A stretch of 26,009 nucleotides of DNA from Vitrella brassicaformis CCMP3155 (lineage: Eukaryota > Protista > Chromerida). The notes beneath the pieces are model-generated. The model did no database searches. It was not told where the DNA came from and worked only from the letters and a program-made list of their open reading frames with translations. Positions 1 to 9,828 of this stretch are shown piece by piece. The translations under genes were made by a program, and so were the position numbers. Where the stretch lies: the NCBI GenBank assembly GCA_001179505.1, contig CDMY01000737.1, positions 1-26,009 on the forward strand, read 5' to 3'. Position 1 is the stretch's first letter. The number at the start of each line of letters is the position of its first letter.

Positions 1-486
1 GTGATTCCGGCAGTCACATCGTCGGCTGCATGTGGACAGCGCAGACGTCCCTTTCTCGTTGCATGCGCAACAGGGGGGCCCGCCGCCGTCTCGCGGGATG
101 AGGGTGGGTGATTGAAAGCATAAAGGGTCGGGGCAGGGGTGAAGGCAGTTTATGAGCACGATTTCTATAGTGATGTACCATCATGTCCGTCAATGTGGTA
201 TTCCTGTATTTTAATACACACAGATACACACACACTTTGTCGCTGTGAATGTTCTGCAGGGGCACTTACCCGGAAGCCTAGTTGAAGCACGTACTGATCC
301 GCCCCGCCGTAAAGGAACCTAAATGGGTATGTAGTATACGTATTTGCTCCCCTTTTTTAACGTATTCATTCAGGGGGGTCGATATGTGTCAGTGTACATC
401 GGTTGGCTTGAGTTTGTGTATATGAGAATGCAGAAATGCAGCGACTTATTAACTTTTTTCTTCCATGCCTAAAGGTTCAGGAGCCT

Positions 487-590
487 CTGTGCGCAGGCGT
501 GCGCAGAGAAAGTGCAACTACAGGCATGGGGAGAGAAACGTTCATTACATACACGTGTGCTGTCCAACTGCAGGTCTGCAAACAGCGTGC
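487..590 (+). repeat. Solo/degenerate copy of the ~59-bp GCGCAGGYGTGCGCA repeat family
   Basis: tgtgcgcaggcgtgcgcagaga...aaacgttcattacatacacgtgtgctgtccaactgcagg resembles the units at 2636-2805 and 3393-3825. Confidence 0.55.
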
Positions 591-939
591 GCACAATCGA
601 TGACGTCCTCGTACTTACGGACGAGCACAAAGGAGGCAAAGAGCTACTTCGTAACGCTCTTTCGTTTGAGAGAAAGGCCCTCTCAGACCTAGGGAGAAGG
701 CGAATTGCAGAGCGCGGAATTCTTCAAAGAAACATCCATAATACACACATCCATCCGTGCAGAACCAACAGCGATGGCAAACGCTGAAAGACAGAGTCAA
801 AGCTAGACCGAAGGCACCAATACGGACGCCGCCGAACCCAAACAGGACCTCTGGCCAGACGAACGCGATAAGCCCAGATCTCTTGCCTTTTGGCAAAGAG
901 GGACCAATGACAGGAGGGGTACAACATAGCTCTACTATC

Positions 940-1404
940 CTTTTCGAGATCTAGAGGTGCAGCGATGAGAGGCGGCATAGCACAAAGTCAGCCTAGCTTC
1001 GAAGGCTGCAAGTATCTGCTGCGAGCCTTACTGGGCAGTCAATCATCCGCCCTCCCATTGAGGATGAGTCTCATATTTTTGCATCCTGTCCACTGTATCG
1101 GTCTCTTCGTGACACACTGCACACAGTTATCGGCCAGCATGGCGTGACTGCCCCTGATGCCTCTAGTTATCGTCGGTGGCGCAGGTCACATCCGATTGTG
1201 TTCACCTGTTGTGTGCTGCAATCGGACAAACTGCCGGTGCTTTCTACAGCGGCCGACTTTCTTCTGTCAGCACAGGCAACACGCACTGAGTGGCTTGCGC
1301 TTAATCCATTCTTGCCAGACAGTCAGACAGGGGCAGGCGACGACTTGCTGTACGAACAGCATGTATTAGATCAGTGGGCGCTCGACGTCGAGCTCTCTGA
1401 CTAG
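940..1404 (+). mobile_element. Probable decayed LINE (non-LTR retrotransposon) ORF2 C-terminal remnant
   Basis: The frame open from about 997 to the stop at 1404 reads PPIEDESHIFASCPLYRSLRDTL..., resembling the (CxxC)...EDExHxxxxCPxYxxLR zinc-knuckle end of LINE ORF2 proteins. The upstream GCKYL (possible CxxC remnant) is in another frame. Confidence 0.45.
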
Positions 1405-2437
1405 CCTCTGCGCGTCATGCCTATGTCTGCCTGTCCTCTCCTACATGCGCAGCCGGGGTTCATAGTGATTTTTCTGACCATCATAGGGCTGGCATGTGCA
1501 TGTCGAGTGAGTGGGATTGGGAGTGGGCTGGGTAGATAGGACGTGTGCATGCTTCCATGCATGTGCATGTTGCTAGTTCAGTGCGTGAGACAACAGGATC
1601 CCTCCGGGGTTACAGACACGAGTCTCGTTAAACACACTAACCAACCAACCAAGCCCATAATGCAATGGCACAGAGTGGTAGAGACAGCACGACACAACTC
1701 CATTATGCTTTCCGAAACTGGAGGGAAGGGGGGATAAATGAATGAGCATGATTCTGTGATGATCACATAGCCCTGTGGCATAGTATTCATAATCAGATAT
1801 ATTCATGTATATCAAGAAATATGTCATGTTCATCATTCCTTGCTCAATACTTCAGCGCACATGTTGCCGTTTCTCGGTACAAACGCCTTCACAGGCCTGC
1901 ATTGGGACTATCTGTCGAATTTGCTGAGCCCGCAATTGAAAAGAAAGCAAGAATTCCAGCTGCCTGGAGGCCGAATTTACGATCAATCAAAGACTCAGAC
2001 ACAGATGAGCTAGCAAGTCAATTCAGCTTGGCCTGACGTTTTTGCTGTGGCTCGCCCGTTGGGCAAGAAGCGTCCGATCCGGGTGCGTTACTATCCATTG
2101 TTCTGCCTGAGCTTCCAAGCGCCATGTAGCTTGTGACAGCAGCTAGGCCAGTCAGTACAGTCAGCAGGTTGTACGGGAGAGATTCCCATACGCAAAAGCG
2201 CTCACCGCGCCCATTGACTTTGTGTACCTCTGAGTGGCCCTCGCTGACCCTGACTGCTGACTGCTACGTGAATGATGGATGGGATCGTGCTTGAGATCGG
2301 AAGAGCCACCTCGAGATCCGCTGACAACGCGACTGCAACGACGTCTTGACGTTCCCAAGCAGAACCGTGTCGGAAACAGCTACAGAAAGCTGTCCTGGAG
2401 GGCGTCAATTAGCCAATAGTTTGATGAGGTGAGTATC

Positions 2438-2805
2438 ATGAACGCTTCTCTGTACATACCTGCGTACGCACGCCGGTACCTGCAATTGGATGTATCGAGT
2501 GAATGATCCTGTATGCGCACGCCTGCGGATAAACGTCGATAGTTGGATGGGGTGTGTGTTGTGATGCCTCTGTGCGCATACCTGCGTATGGACGCCGCCA
2601 GCCAGTAGCACATACGCACCAGCCATCCGACTTCAGGTATGCGCAGGTGTGCGCACGAAGACATTCATTATATATTCCCTCCAACTACATACACAGGGTG
2701 TGTGCAGGCGTATGCAGAGAGGCTCCGGCTACAGATATGCGCAGACGTGCGCATAAAGACGCTCATTGTATGTGTCATCCAACTATAGTTGTATAGTTGT
2801 GCGCA
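2438..2805. repeat. Fold-back arrangement of the ~59-bp repeat family: ~3 reverse units (2438-2592) facing ~3 forward units (2636-2805)
   Basis: The reverse complement of cctctgtgcgcatacctgcgta (~2568) is tacgcaggtatgcgcacagagg, which matches forward tatgcgcaggtgtgcgcacgaagac (~2638). Similar matches occur at ~2511 and ~2442. Confidence 0.7.
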
Positions 2806-3032
2806 GCTCAGCGCTATTCCGTGCCAACTATCCCGCCCTTTGTGCGTCGTCGTTTGAACCTCTGGTTGACGGCCACTTCCCCAGGGGCCTCATTTCCGCA
2901 CCCACCATTGCCGAGCATCACGTGCACGACATCTCCCACCAGCCCACGAGCTCAGCGCTATTCCGTGCCAACTATCCCGCCCTTTGTGCGTCGTCGTTTG
3001 AACCTCTGGTTGACGGCCACTTCCCCAGGGGC
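2805..3032 (+). repeat. Perfect 84-bp direct repeat (2805-2888 and 2949-3032) with a 60-bp spacer
   Basis: agctcagcgctattccgtgccaactatcccg...cacttccccaggggc occurs twice with period 144. The ORF track also shows SSALFRANYPALCASSFEPLVDGHFPRG twice. Confidence 0.95.
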
Positions 3033-3392
3033 ATCACTTATGTGCACTCTATATGTCAAGGGTTGATGATCTATGACGGACTCGGTGGGTGGTCGGGCAG
3101 AGGGTTACATTTGGCATGCTTGCAGTGATTGAATGGAAGGGACAGCTAGCTAGTTTTTAGTTTGCATTCTTGATGGACTCCTCGTGCTGACGCGCTTTCC
3201 GTTAATCTCGTGCACCCATAGTTGTGCGCAGGCGTGCGCAGAGACACATTCTTCCATTACTGATGTCTTTAGTGGCAATGAATGCCAGCGAGAATCGTTC
3301 TGACCGACCTGAGAATGCATCACCTTCCTCGTTTGCTTGACGATCCTCCCTCAGTCTGGTCAATCAATGTATTGGATATGATGAATGCGGTG

Positions 3393-3825
3393 AATGATCG
3401 ATAGAGACACTTTCCATACACACACTCCAAGCACACACTGCAAGTGGACGCGTGACATTTATCATGTACACACGCTCCAAGTCCAATAAACGTGCATGCG
3501 CAGGTGTGCGCACACAGACATTCATTGTACACACACACCAAGTCCAAACGTGCATGTGCAGGTGTGCGCACAGACACGTTCCTTATATACGCACCCTCCA
3601 AGTCGACGCGTGCATATGCAGGCGTGGCACAGAGACATTTATCATATACACACACTCCAAGTCGACGCATGTATGCACAGGTGTGCGCACAGAGACGTCT
3701 TTCATACACACACTCTGAGTGGGCGTGTGCATGCGCAGGTGTGCGCACAGACACATTCCTCATACACAGGTGTGCGCACAGAAACATTGTCATACACATA
3801 CACTCCAAGTCCAAACGTGTGAGTG
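3393..3825 (+). repeat. Minisatellite array, ~59-bp degenerate unit (caggtgtgcgcacagaNacatt..atacacacactccaagtc.aNcgtgcatgNg), about 7 units, some truncated
   Basis: caggtgtgcgcac-type starts recur at about 3500, 3559, 3618, 3678 and 3735, then as shorter units. A partial unit lies at ~3220-3262. Confidence 0.9.
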
Positions 3826-4078
3826 GCTGTGCCGGGCCTCGGCGCCTATTGATGGGTCTGTCATCCTAAGAGCCGACTGCGGCTCATGCACAAGTGCCTC
3901 GGCGCCTCGCTGAGCAGCATCGCCTTCGACAGGCTGTTGTCCGCCTGTGCGTATGTGGACCGTCAGGTGTGCACCAAAAGGGCCTTGTGTGTGTGAACTC
4001 CTATCGTATCAACGAACGTTGACCATCGTCAGTCAGATCCTGCCGATTACTCAACCATCAACCACTCAACACTGCCAT

Positions 4079-4189
4079 CTTCTCAGCAAGAAGCTGCTCC
4101 GCTCGTTCGGCATTCCCAAACACGCGGGACTCATGAAGGCCTCCATCAATGTCGTCCATGAAAGCGCCTGCAAAATCGTCTGGGAACTC
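4079..4189 (-). mobile_element. Distal fragment of the older (host) CRE-like element: RT catalytic region
   Basis: The minus strand translates EFPDDFAGAFMDDIDGGLHESRVFGNAERAEQLLAEK, homologous to EFPDDFVGAFMDDIDGGLDETRATRYVDRAEQLLAEK of the 4391-6394 ORF. Confidence 0.8.
4178..4189 (+). other. Target-site duplication, left copy (GTCTGGGAACTC)
   Basis: Identical 12-mer at 4178-4189 and 6283-6294 flanking the 4190-6282 insertion. Confidence 0.85.
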
Positions 4190-4208
4190 TTTGTATTTAA
4201 GGTAGATA

Positions 4209-4235
4209 CATGAACGGGCGACGAAGTTCGTCTAA
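4209..4235 (-). promoter_or_regulatory. Conserved 3'-terminal motif of the CRE-like family (hairpin GACGA-ACT-TCGTC)
   Basis: catgaacgggcgacgaagttcgtctaa is 26/27 identical to 7269-7295, while the rest of the two 3' UTRs shows no evident similarity. Confidence 0.7.
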
Positions 4236-4390
4236 GCATCAGTTCGTATCAAGCAATCAAAGGGGAACAAAACATGCAAAGCCAATGAACAACGCTCATT
4301 GACTGCAAACAAATACATACATCTCACGCTTAGCGTGAGACATGCATCACGATACACACATTCACAAAATCCAGATCCAGCCAGCTAACC

Positions 4391-6282
4391 TCACCCCAGC
4401 CCCGAAGCGGGGCTGGTGTGTGGCCTATATGGCCCGCGGCTGACGAAGTCCTCGGGAAACGCGCCGGGTCTCCGTGGCCCTCTGGCGGCCGCAGCGCGTT
4501 GTGCACGACTCGCCACTTGAAACGCGTTGTGCTTCATCAGCTCGACGGACAGAAGCTGGCTCCAGTGGTTGATGATGCTCTCTCGGAAGGCTGCGTCCTC
4601 CTCCGTGGGAATGGAGGTAGGGCGGGGCTTCCGCTTGGCGAGCATCTTGAGAAAATCCATGGTCTTCTCTGCCCACCTGCCGAATGTCTCCGCAGCGAGA
4701 GGCACAAAGCGGAAGCCGGCTGCTTGGGCGGTTGGTCCATACTTGTCGATCTTGTCTTTCACCGCAAGCTGCGCCGTCTTGCCACCTGGAAGTTGTGCGC
4801 TACGCCGGTTGACTGTCCGGTGGAAGGGGATAGGGGAGTCGTCAGGACGGCAGGGGTGAGCGATGGTGACATCGAGCAAGTAATCACTGCCGTCGATCAC
4901 GCAATAGATGTCCATGCGCTGGTTATTGGGGTTGTCGTCGGGTGGGGTGATGCCGAGGCTGTGCAGAGGCACCTCCACATTACAAGGAACATCCGCCTCA
5001 GCCAGGATGCGAACAAACAAGTTGCGCATATTGTTGTGTCTCGTGACCCGCTCACGGCCGGTGTGACACACGTAGAAGTGATCGCCAAACTTGTCAACCT
5101 CCCCGCCGCAGATGCATCGCTGCAAGACGGTTGCGTGCGGGAGGGCAATGCCGAGACACCCGGCGACGGCATGGCGATACTGGAAGTTGTTCAGTGTCTT
5201 GCTGTCGCTGGAAGGGATTGCTGACAGCCAACCAGACGAGAGAGGCCCTTGGCAGCTCAAGAGACGGGCGCGGGCTCTGCTGTCCGGCGGAAGAGAGTTG
5301 AAGAGCTCGTTGAACCGAAACTTGTGCAGCTGATCGGTCAGGCGCTGCTGCAGCCGGACCTGCGGTCTCGAGACAAGGTCCTGGAGGGAGGGGAGGGAGA
5401 AGGAGGGACCGACCACCTCAGAGACGGCAGCGAGGGCAGGGACTGCAGCTTGGAGCCAGGGCAGGTCCAATAGGGCAGCGGGCCCACCTTGAGGCATCCA
5501 TGGGGCTCCACGGAACCGGCTAAAGACATCAGATGCCGTCACGCCGATCAAGCCCAAAAAAGCCGCACGGGCAATCGTGGTTGCAGAGACAAGGCCGAAT
5601 CCTCCCAGCCGGATGGGCAGCTGCACTTGCGCGGAAACCGAGTCAGGGAAGTCGCCGGGAAAGCGGAACATGCGCCTGAATGCCGTGATAATGGCGGCGT
5701 CATGTCGCTCGGCGGCTGGCAGGGAGACATCGGATTTCGGGGGGAGGAGGCGCAGCCAATAGTTTAGCCGGGGGGATGCACAATAGCGGAGGAGAAGGCC
5801 AGAGCCCTGCAAGCCCATCTGAGCAAAGGTCACGATTGCCTCGAGCAGCGGCTGGTGGCCGGTGGTGATCTTCTCGAGGCTGCGCTGGATGAAAGGGTTG
5901 GCGCCAAGCGGGCAGCCGAGGACAGTGATGCCTTCAGTGGAGCACTTCACGCCGGAAGCGGCGATGTCCGCCGGGATGTCGGAGTCTTGTTGCCAGCGGG
6001 GGCTCCATGCAGCACTCTTGTCTCTCCACAGCTTCAGCTTCTTCTCGGCCAGAAGCTGCTCAGCCCTGTCCACATACCGCGTCGCACGTGTCTCGTCCAA
6101 TCCACCATCGATGTCGTCCATGAACGCACCAACGAAGTCGTCGGGGAACTCCTCTTGCAGCTTGACGAGGGCGGGGTAGAGGCCCAGGCAGAAGAGGAAA
6201 GGGCCCGCCGCGTCGCCTTGCTGGGTGCCCTCCTGACTGAGGATGGTCTCCGTGCGTCCGTCCTCCATGCGATACCACAGTT
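4391..6282 (-). CDS. 5'-truncated RT plus restriction-like endonuclease ORF, ~630 codons without stop
   Basis: Motifs: EGTQQGDAAGP (RT), FMDD (YxDD-type catalytic), VLGCPLG, LPIRLGGFGL (thumb), CICGGEVDKFGDHFYVC (CCHC), RHNNMRN and E...RMDI...LLDVT (RLE PD..D-type). The ORF-finder start at 6394 is a read-through from the host element. Confidence 0.88.
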
Positions 6283-6294
6283 GTCTGGGAACTC
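6283..6294 (+). other. Target-site duplication, right copy (GTCTGGGAACTC)
   Basis: Identical to 4178-4189. Confidence 0.85.
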
Positions 6295-7250
6295 CTCCTG
6301 CAGCTTGAGGAGAGCGGGTGGAGGCCAAGACAGAAAAGGAAGGGCCCAGCAGCGTCGCCCTGCTGATCCTCACCTGGCTCAGGATAGTCTTCACGTGACC
6401 ATCCTCTATGCGATACCACAGTTCGGCCGCGTTGCCGTAGAACTGCCAAAAGAAGTCGGTTAGGGAGGGCCACTTGCGCCGAGCTCGTCGAGGATCGCCT
6501 GGCGGTCGATGGAGTTGAAGGCGTTCTTACAATTCAGAGTGACCAGCACACGGCGGGCTGAAGGGTCCCTCTGTGTGTCGATGAGGGTTTGGGGGGCCCC
6601 AAAAAAGCTGCTCTCCCCTGATCGAGGTGCTCACAGCGAATTGAAAAAGTCATCTTCGAAAGCCAACTTGTTCTCCATGCAGACCGCCTTTGTCACCCAA
6701 CGACGAAGCACGTCGCCCACGGCGATGGGCCGAAGTCCTCCACTGTCCCTTCACCAAGGCGAAGAGACATGCAGCGGCGATGATCTTGGTGCAGCCTTCC
6801 GGCACGTCTCCCTCCCCCGCGAGCATCCGTTGGACAAGAGAGGGCAGAGGGATGCTCTGGTCATTCGCTTAGCGTCGCCCTCCCCCATACAGCGGTGAAA
6901 TGCTCGTATCGCCGCCCCGTTGGGCCCCCCGCCGATCCTCGTGGAGCCGTCTTAAGGGCGGCAAGCAAGACAGCAGGCGAAATGGTGAGCGGCCCCTGCC
7001 GTTCGTCCGTGGAGTTCTGGGGCTGTGGTCGAGTAGGCAGGGGGCCGTTCGGGTACTGTTCATTCTCGTATTTGTTGCGTTTATATGTGGGTGAGACTCG
7101 CGTGGGTGTAGAGCTACCGAGAGTTTGGGTGAACAGCTGCCCGCCTAAATGTCCAGCCGGCTGGATGACCTTGAAGCTTCACAGGTTGGCGAAATCAAGC
7201 CTCTTGCGATTGTGGTCCCCGCGTCGCAGCCTTTGGGAAGCGGGTAAAAG
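6283..7250 (-). mobile_element. Proximal part of the older, frameshifted host CRE-like element (N-terminal RT domains)
   Basis: Minus-strand fragments in changing frames: LKTAPRGSAGGPTGRRYEH, CTKIIAAACLFALVK, VGDVLRRWVTKAVC, LNCKNAFNSIDRQAILDEL, KWPSLTDFFWQFYGNAAELWYR, QQGDAAGPFLFCLGLH and LQEEFPD. Confidence 0.82.
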
Positions 7251-7268
7251 TATTCCTTAAAAAAAACG

Positions 7269-7295
7269 CATGAAAGGGCGACGAAGTTCGTCTAA
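7269..7295 (-). promoter_or_regulatory. Conserved 3'-terminal motif of the CRE-like family, second copy
   Basis: catgaaagggcgacgaagttcgtctaa, next to an A/T tract at 7257-7266. Confidence 0.7.
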
Positions 7296-9756
7296 TCCCC
7301 ACAGACAAACAACCAGATCAAAGAGATGAGCAAGAAACAAACCAAGACAACCGAAAACGAAAGTCACACAGCAACCGAAAAACAAACAACATCGAATCAC
7401 TCCAAATGCACGACACACAGTCACCCAGACAAACAGTGCAAACACACAAAGCATACAGACACTGCCGTGCCCAGACACATAGCACAATGCGCACGGCATT
7501 CCTCCACAGCAATCCGCCAGTCCACAGCGTTGGCTGGTGTGGGGGCTGTACGGCCTGATGAAGTCTTCTGGGAAAGCGTTGGCCCTCCGGGGTCCTCTGG
7601 CGGCAGCTGCTCGCTGTGCACGGCTGGACATCTGGAAGGCGTTGTGCTTCATCAGCTCCATAGACAAGAGCTGGCTCCAATGATTGATGGCGCTCTCACG
7701 GAAGACTCCATCCTCGACAGCAGGGATCGCCGCCGGGCGGGGCTTGCGCTTGGCGAGCATCTTCAGGAAGTCCAGGGTCTTCTCTCTCCACCTTCCGAAT
7801 GTCTCTGCAGCAAGGGGGACAAAGCGAAAGCCTGCCGCTCGCGCGGCAGGGCCATACTTGTCGATCTTGTCCTTCTCCGCGGGCGCTGCAGCTTTGCCAC
7901 TGCCCGCCGTGCCGATTCACCGTCCGGTGGAAAGGGATATTGGAGGCGTCAGGGCGGCAGGGGTGGGTGATGGTGATGTCGAGCAGGTAATCACTGCCGT
8001 CGATCACACAGTAAATGTCCATGCGCTGACTGTTGGGGTCGCTGTCGGGCGGCGTAATGCCGAGGCTGTGCAGGGGCACTTCAACGTTGGCGGGGATGTC
8101 CGCCTCCGCCAGGATCCGGACAAACAGGTTGCGCATGTTGTTGTGTCTCAGAATCCGCTCGCGACTAGTGTGGCAGACGAAGTAGTGATCGCCAAAGTCG
8201 TCAACCTCCCCGCCGCAGGTGCTTCGCTGCGTGACGGTTGCGTGCGGGAGGGCAATGCCGAGACACTCGGCGACGGCGCGGCGATACTAAAAGTTGTTCA
8301 GCGTCTTGTGCTCGCTGGAGGGGATGGCAGACAGCCAGCCAGATGAGAGAGGGCCTTTGCAGCTCAGCAGGCGGCTGCGGGCTCTGCTGTCCGGTGGAAG
8401 AGAGTTGAAGAGCTCATTGAAGCGGAACTTGTGCAGCTGATCAGTCAGGCGTTGCTGCAGCCGTACCTGCGGTCGAGAGACCAGGTCTTGAAGGGAGGGG
8501 AGGGAAAATGTGGGGCCAACCAACGCTGACAAGGCGTTGAGAGCAGGGGCTGCCGCTTGGATCTAGGGTAGGTCAAAGGCTAGGCCGTAGGCCCGCTTTG
8601 AGGCATCCACGGGGCAGCTCGGAAGCGGTTGAGGACGTCGGCTGCCGTCATTCCGACCAAACCCACAAAGGCTGCACGCGCAATCGTCACTGCCGAGATA
8701 ATGGCGGCGTCATGTCGCTCGGCGGCTGCCAGGGAGAGATCGGGGTCCGGGGGAAGGAGGCGCAGCCAATAGTTCAATCGGGGTGATGCACAATAGCGGA
8801 GGAGTAGGCCCGGTCCTTGCAGACCCATCTGAGCGAACGTCACGATAGCCTCAAGCAGTGGCTTGTGGCCGTCGAGTATCTTATCGAGGCCGCGCCGGAC
8901 GAAAGGGGTGGTGCCAAGGGGACAGCCGAGGACGGTGATGCCTTCGGCAGAGCACTTGACACCAGACCTGGCGATCTCGACAGGGATGTCGGACGGTTGC
9001 AGCCAGTGAGGGCTCCAGGCAGCGCTCTTATCCCGCCGCAGCTTCAGCTTCTTCTCCGCCCGGAGCTCCTCCGCTCTGTCCACGTATCTCGTCACACGTG
9101 TCTCGAGTAATCCACCGTCGATGTCGTCCATGAAAGCGCCCACAAAGCCGTCCGGGAACTCCTCCTGCAGCTTGACGAGGGCAGGGTGGAGACCGAGAAA
9201 GAAGAGAAGCGGCCCCGCGGCGTCGCCCTGCTGGGTCCCTTCCTGACTGAGAATGGTCTCGGCGCTACCGTCCTCCATACGGTACCACAGCTCAGCCGGG
9301 GTGCCTTAGGACTGCAAGAAGAAGTCGACGAGCGAAGGCCACTTTGTGTCGAGCTCGTCCAGAATCGCCTGGCGATCGAGTTGAAGGCATCCTTATGATC
9401 CACAGTCACCAGCACACGCCGACCAGAAGCAGTTGTGTCTCTGTGAAGGTCTGGCAGGCCCGAAACAGCTTCTCACCGCCTGCCGAGGTGCCCACAGCAA
9501 ACTGCAAAGGAGAGAAGTCGTCTTCGAAGGCAAGCTTGTTGTCCATGCACACCGCCTTCGTCATCCATCGCCGCAGCACGTCGCCGACAGCAATCGGCCA
9601 GACCCCCCCCGTTGTCCTTGACTAGCGCAAAGAGACAAGCAGCAGAGATGACCTTGGTGCAGCACTCGGGCATGTCTCCGGTGAGCATTCTGCTGACGAG
9701 GGAGGACAGCGGGGACTGGTCCTGCGCTGTCGCATCCCCCTACCGCGTAAAGTGTA

Positions 9757-9828
9757 CCGCTGCTTCCTGATAAGGTGACCTCGAAGCTTCTCCGCTGCTT
9801 CCTGATAAGGTGACCTCGAAGCTTCTCC
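9757..9828 (+). repeat. Perfect 35-bp tandem duplication (ccgctgcttcctgataaggtgacctcgaagcttct x2)
   Basis: Units start at 9757 and 9792. Confidence 0.95.

Larger units (their letters stand above)
4190..6282 (-). mobile_element. Young 5'-truncated CRE-clade-like non-LTR retrotransposon (RT-RLE), 2093 bp, ending ...ccttaaatacAAA
   Basis: Uninterrupted ORF, ~200-bp 3' UTR, short A tail and 12-bp TSD. Confidence 0.9.

Noticed and set aside
2805-3032. Repeat-spacer-repeat resembling a CRISPR array
   Set aside because: Only two repeats, 84 bp long, no cas genes, and a eukaryotic context.
3320-3869. Several 60-164-aa Cys/His-rich ORFs on both strands
   Set aside because: These are translation products of the ~59-bp satellite with no independent coding evidence.
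3836-3907. gcctcggcgcct repeated at 60-bp spacing after the satellite
   Set aside because: Only 12 bp with no similarity between the intervening sequences, so it is too weak to call.
6140-6425. Simple ~140-bp tandem duplication within one RT gene, with 6394 as the true start
   Set aside because: The two units are clearly diverged. The 12-bp TSD and the matching host fragment at 4079-4189 explain them as a nested insertion.
6991-7047. ggcccctgcc...ggcaggggcc inverted repeat as a 5' HDV-like ribozyme
   Set aside because: It lies within the host's decayed coding frame (PERPLPTRPQPQNSTDERQGPL), and I could not build the nested double pseudoknot.
4418-8346. Long plus-strand ORFs (268, 202, 214, 220 aa)
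   Set aside because: They are antisense shadows of GC-rich RT/RLE coding sequence or of the GT-rich 3' UTR.
7240-9760. TSD for the third CRE-like copy (cgggtaaaagtattcc vs cgcgtaaagtgtacc)
   Set aside because: The match is poor, and element homology continues beyond 9760.
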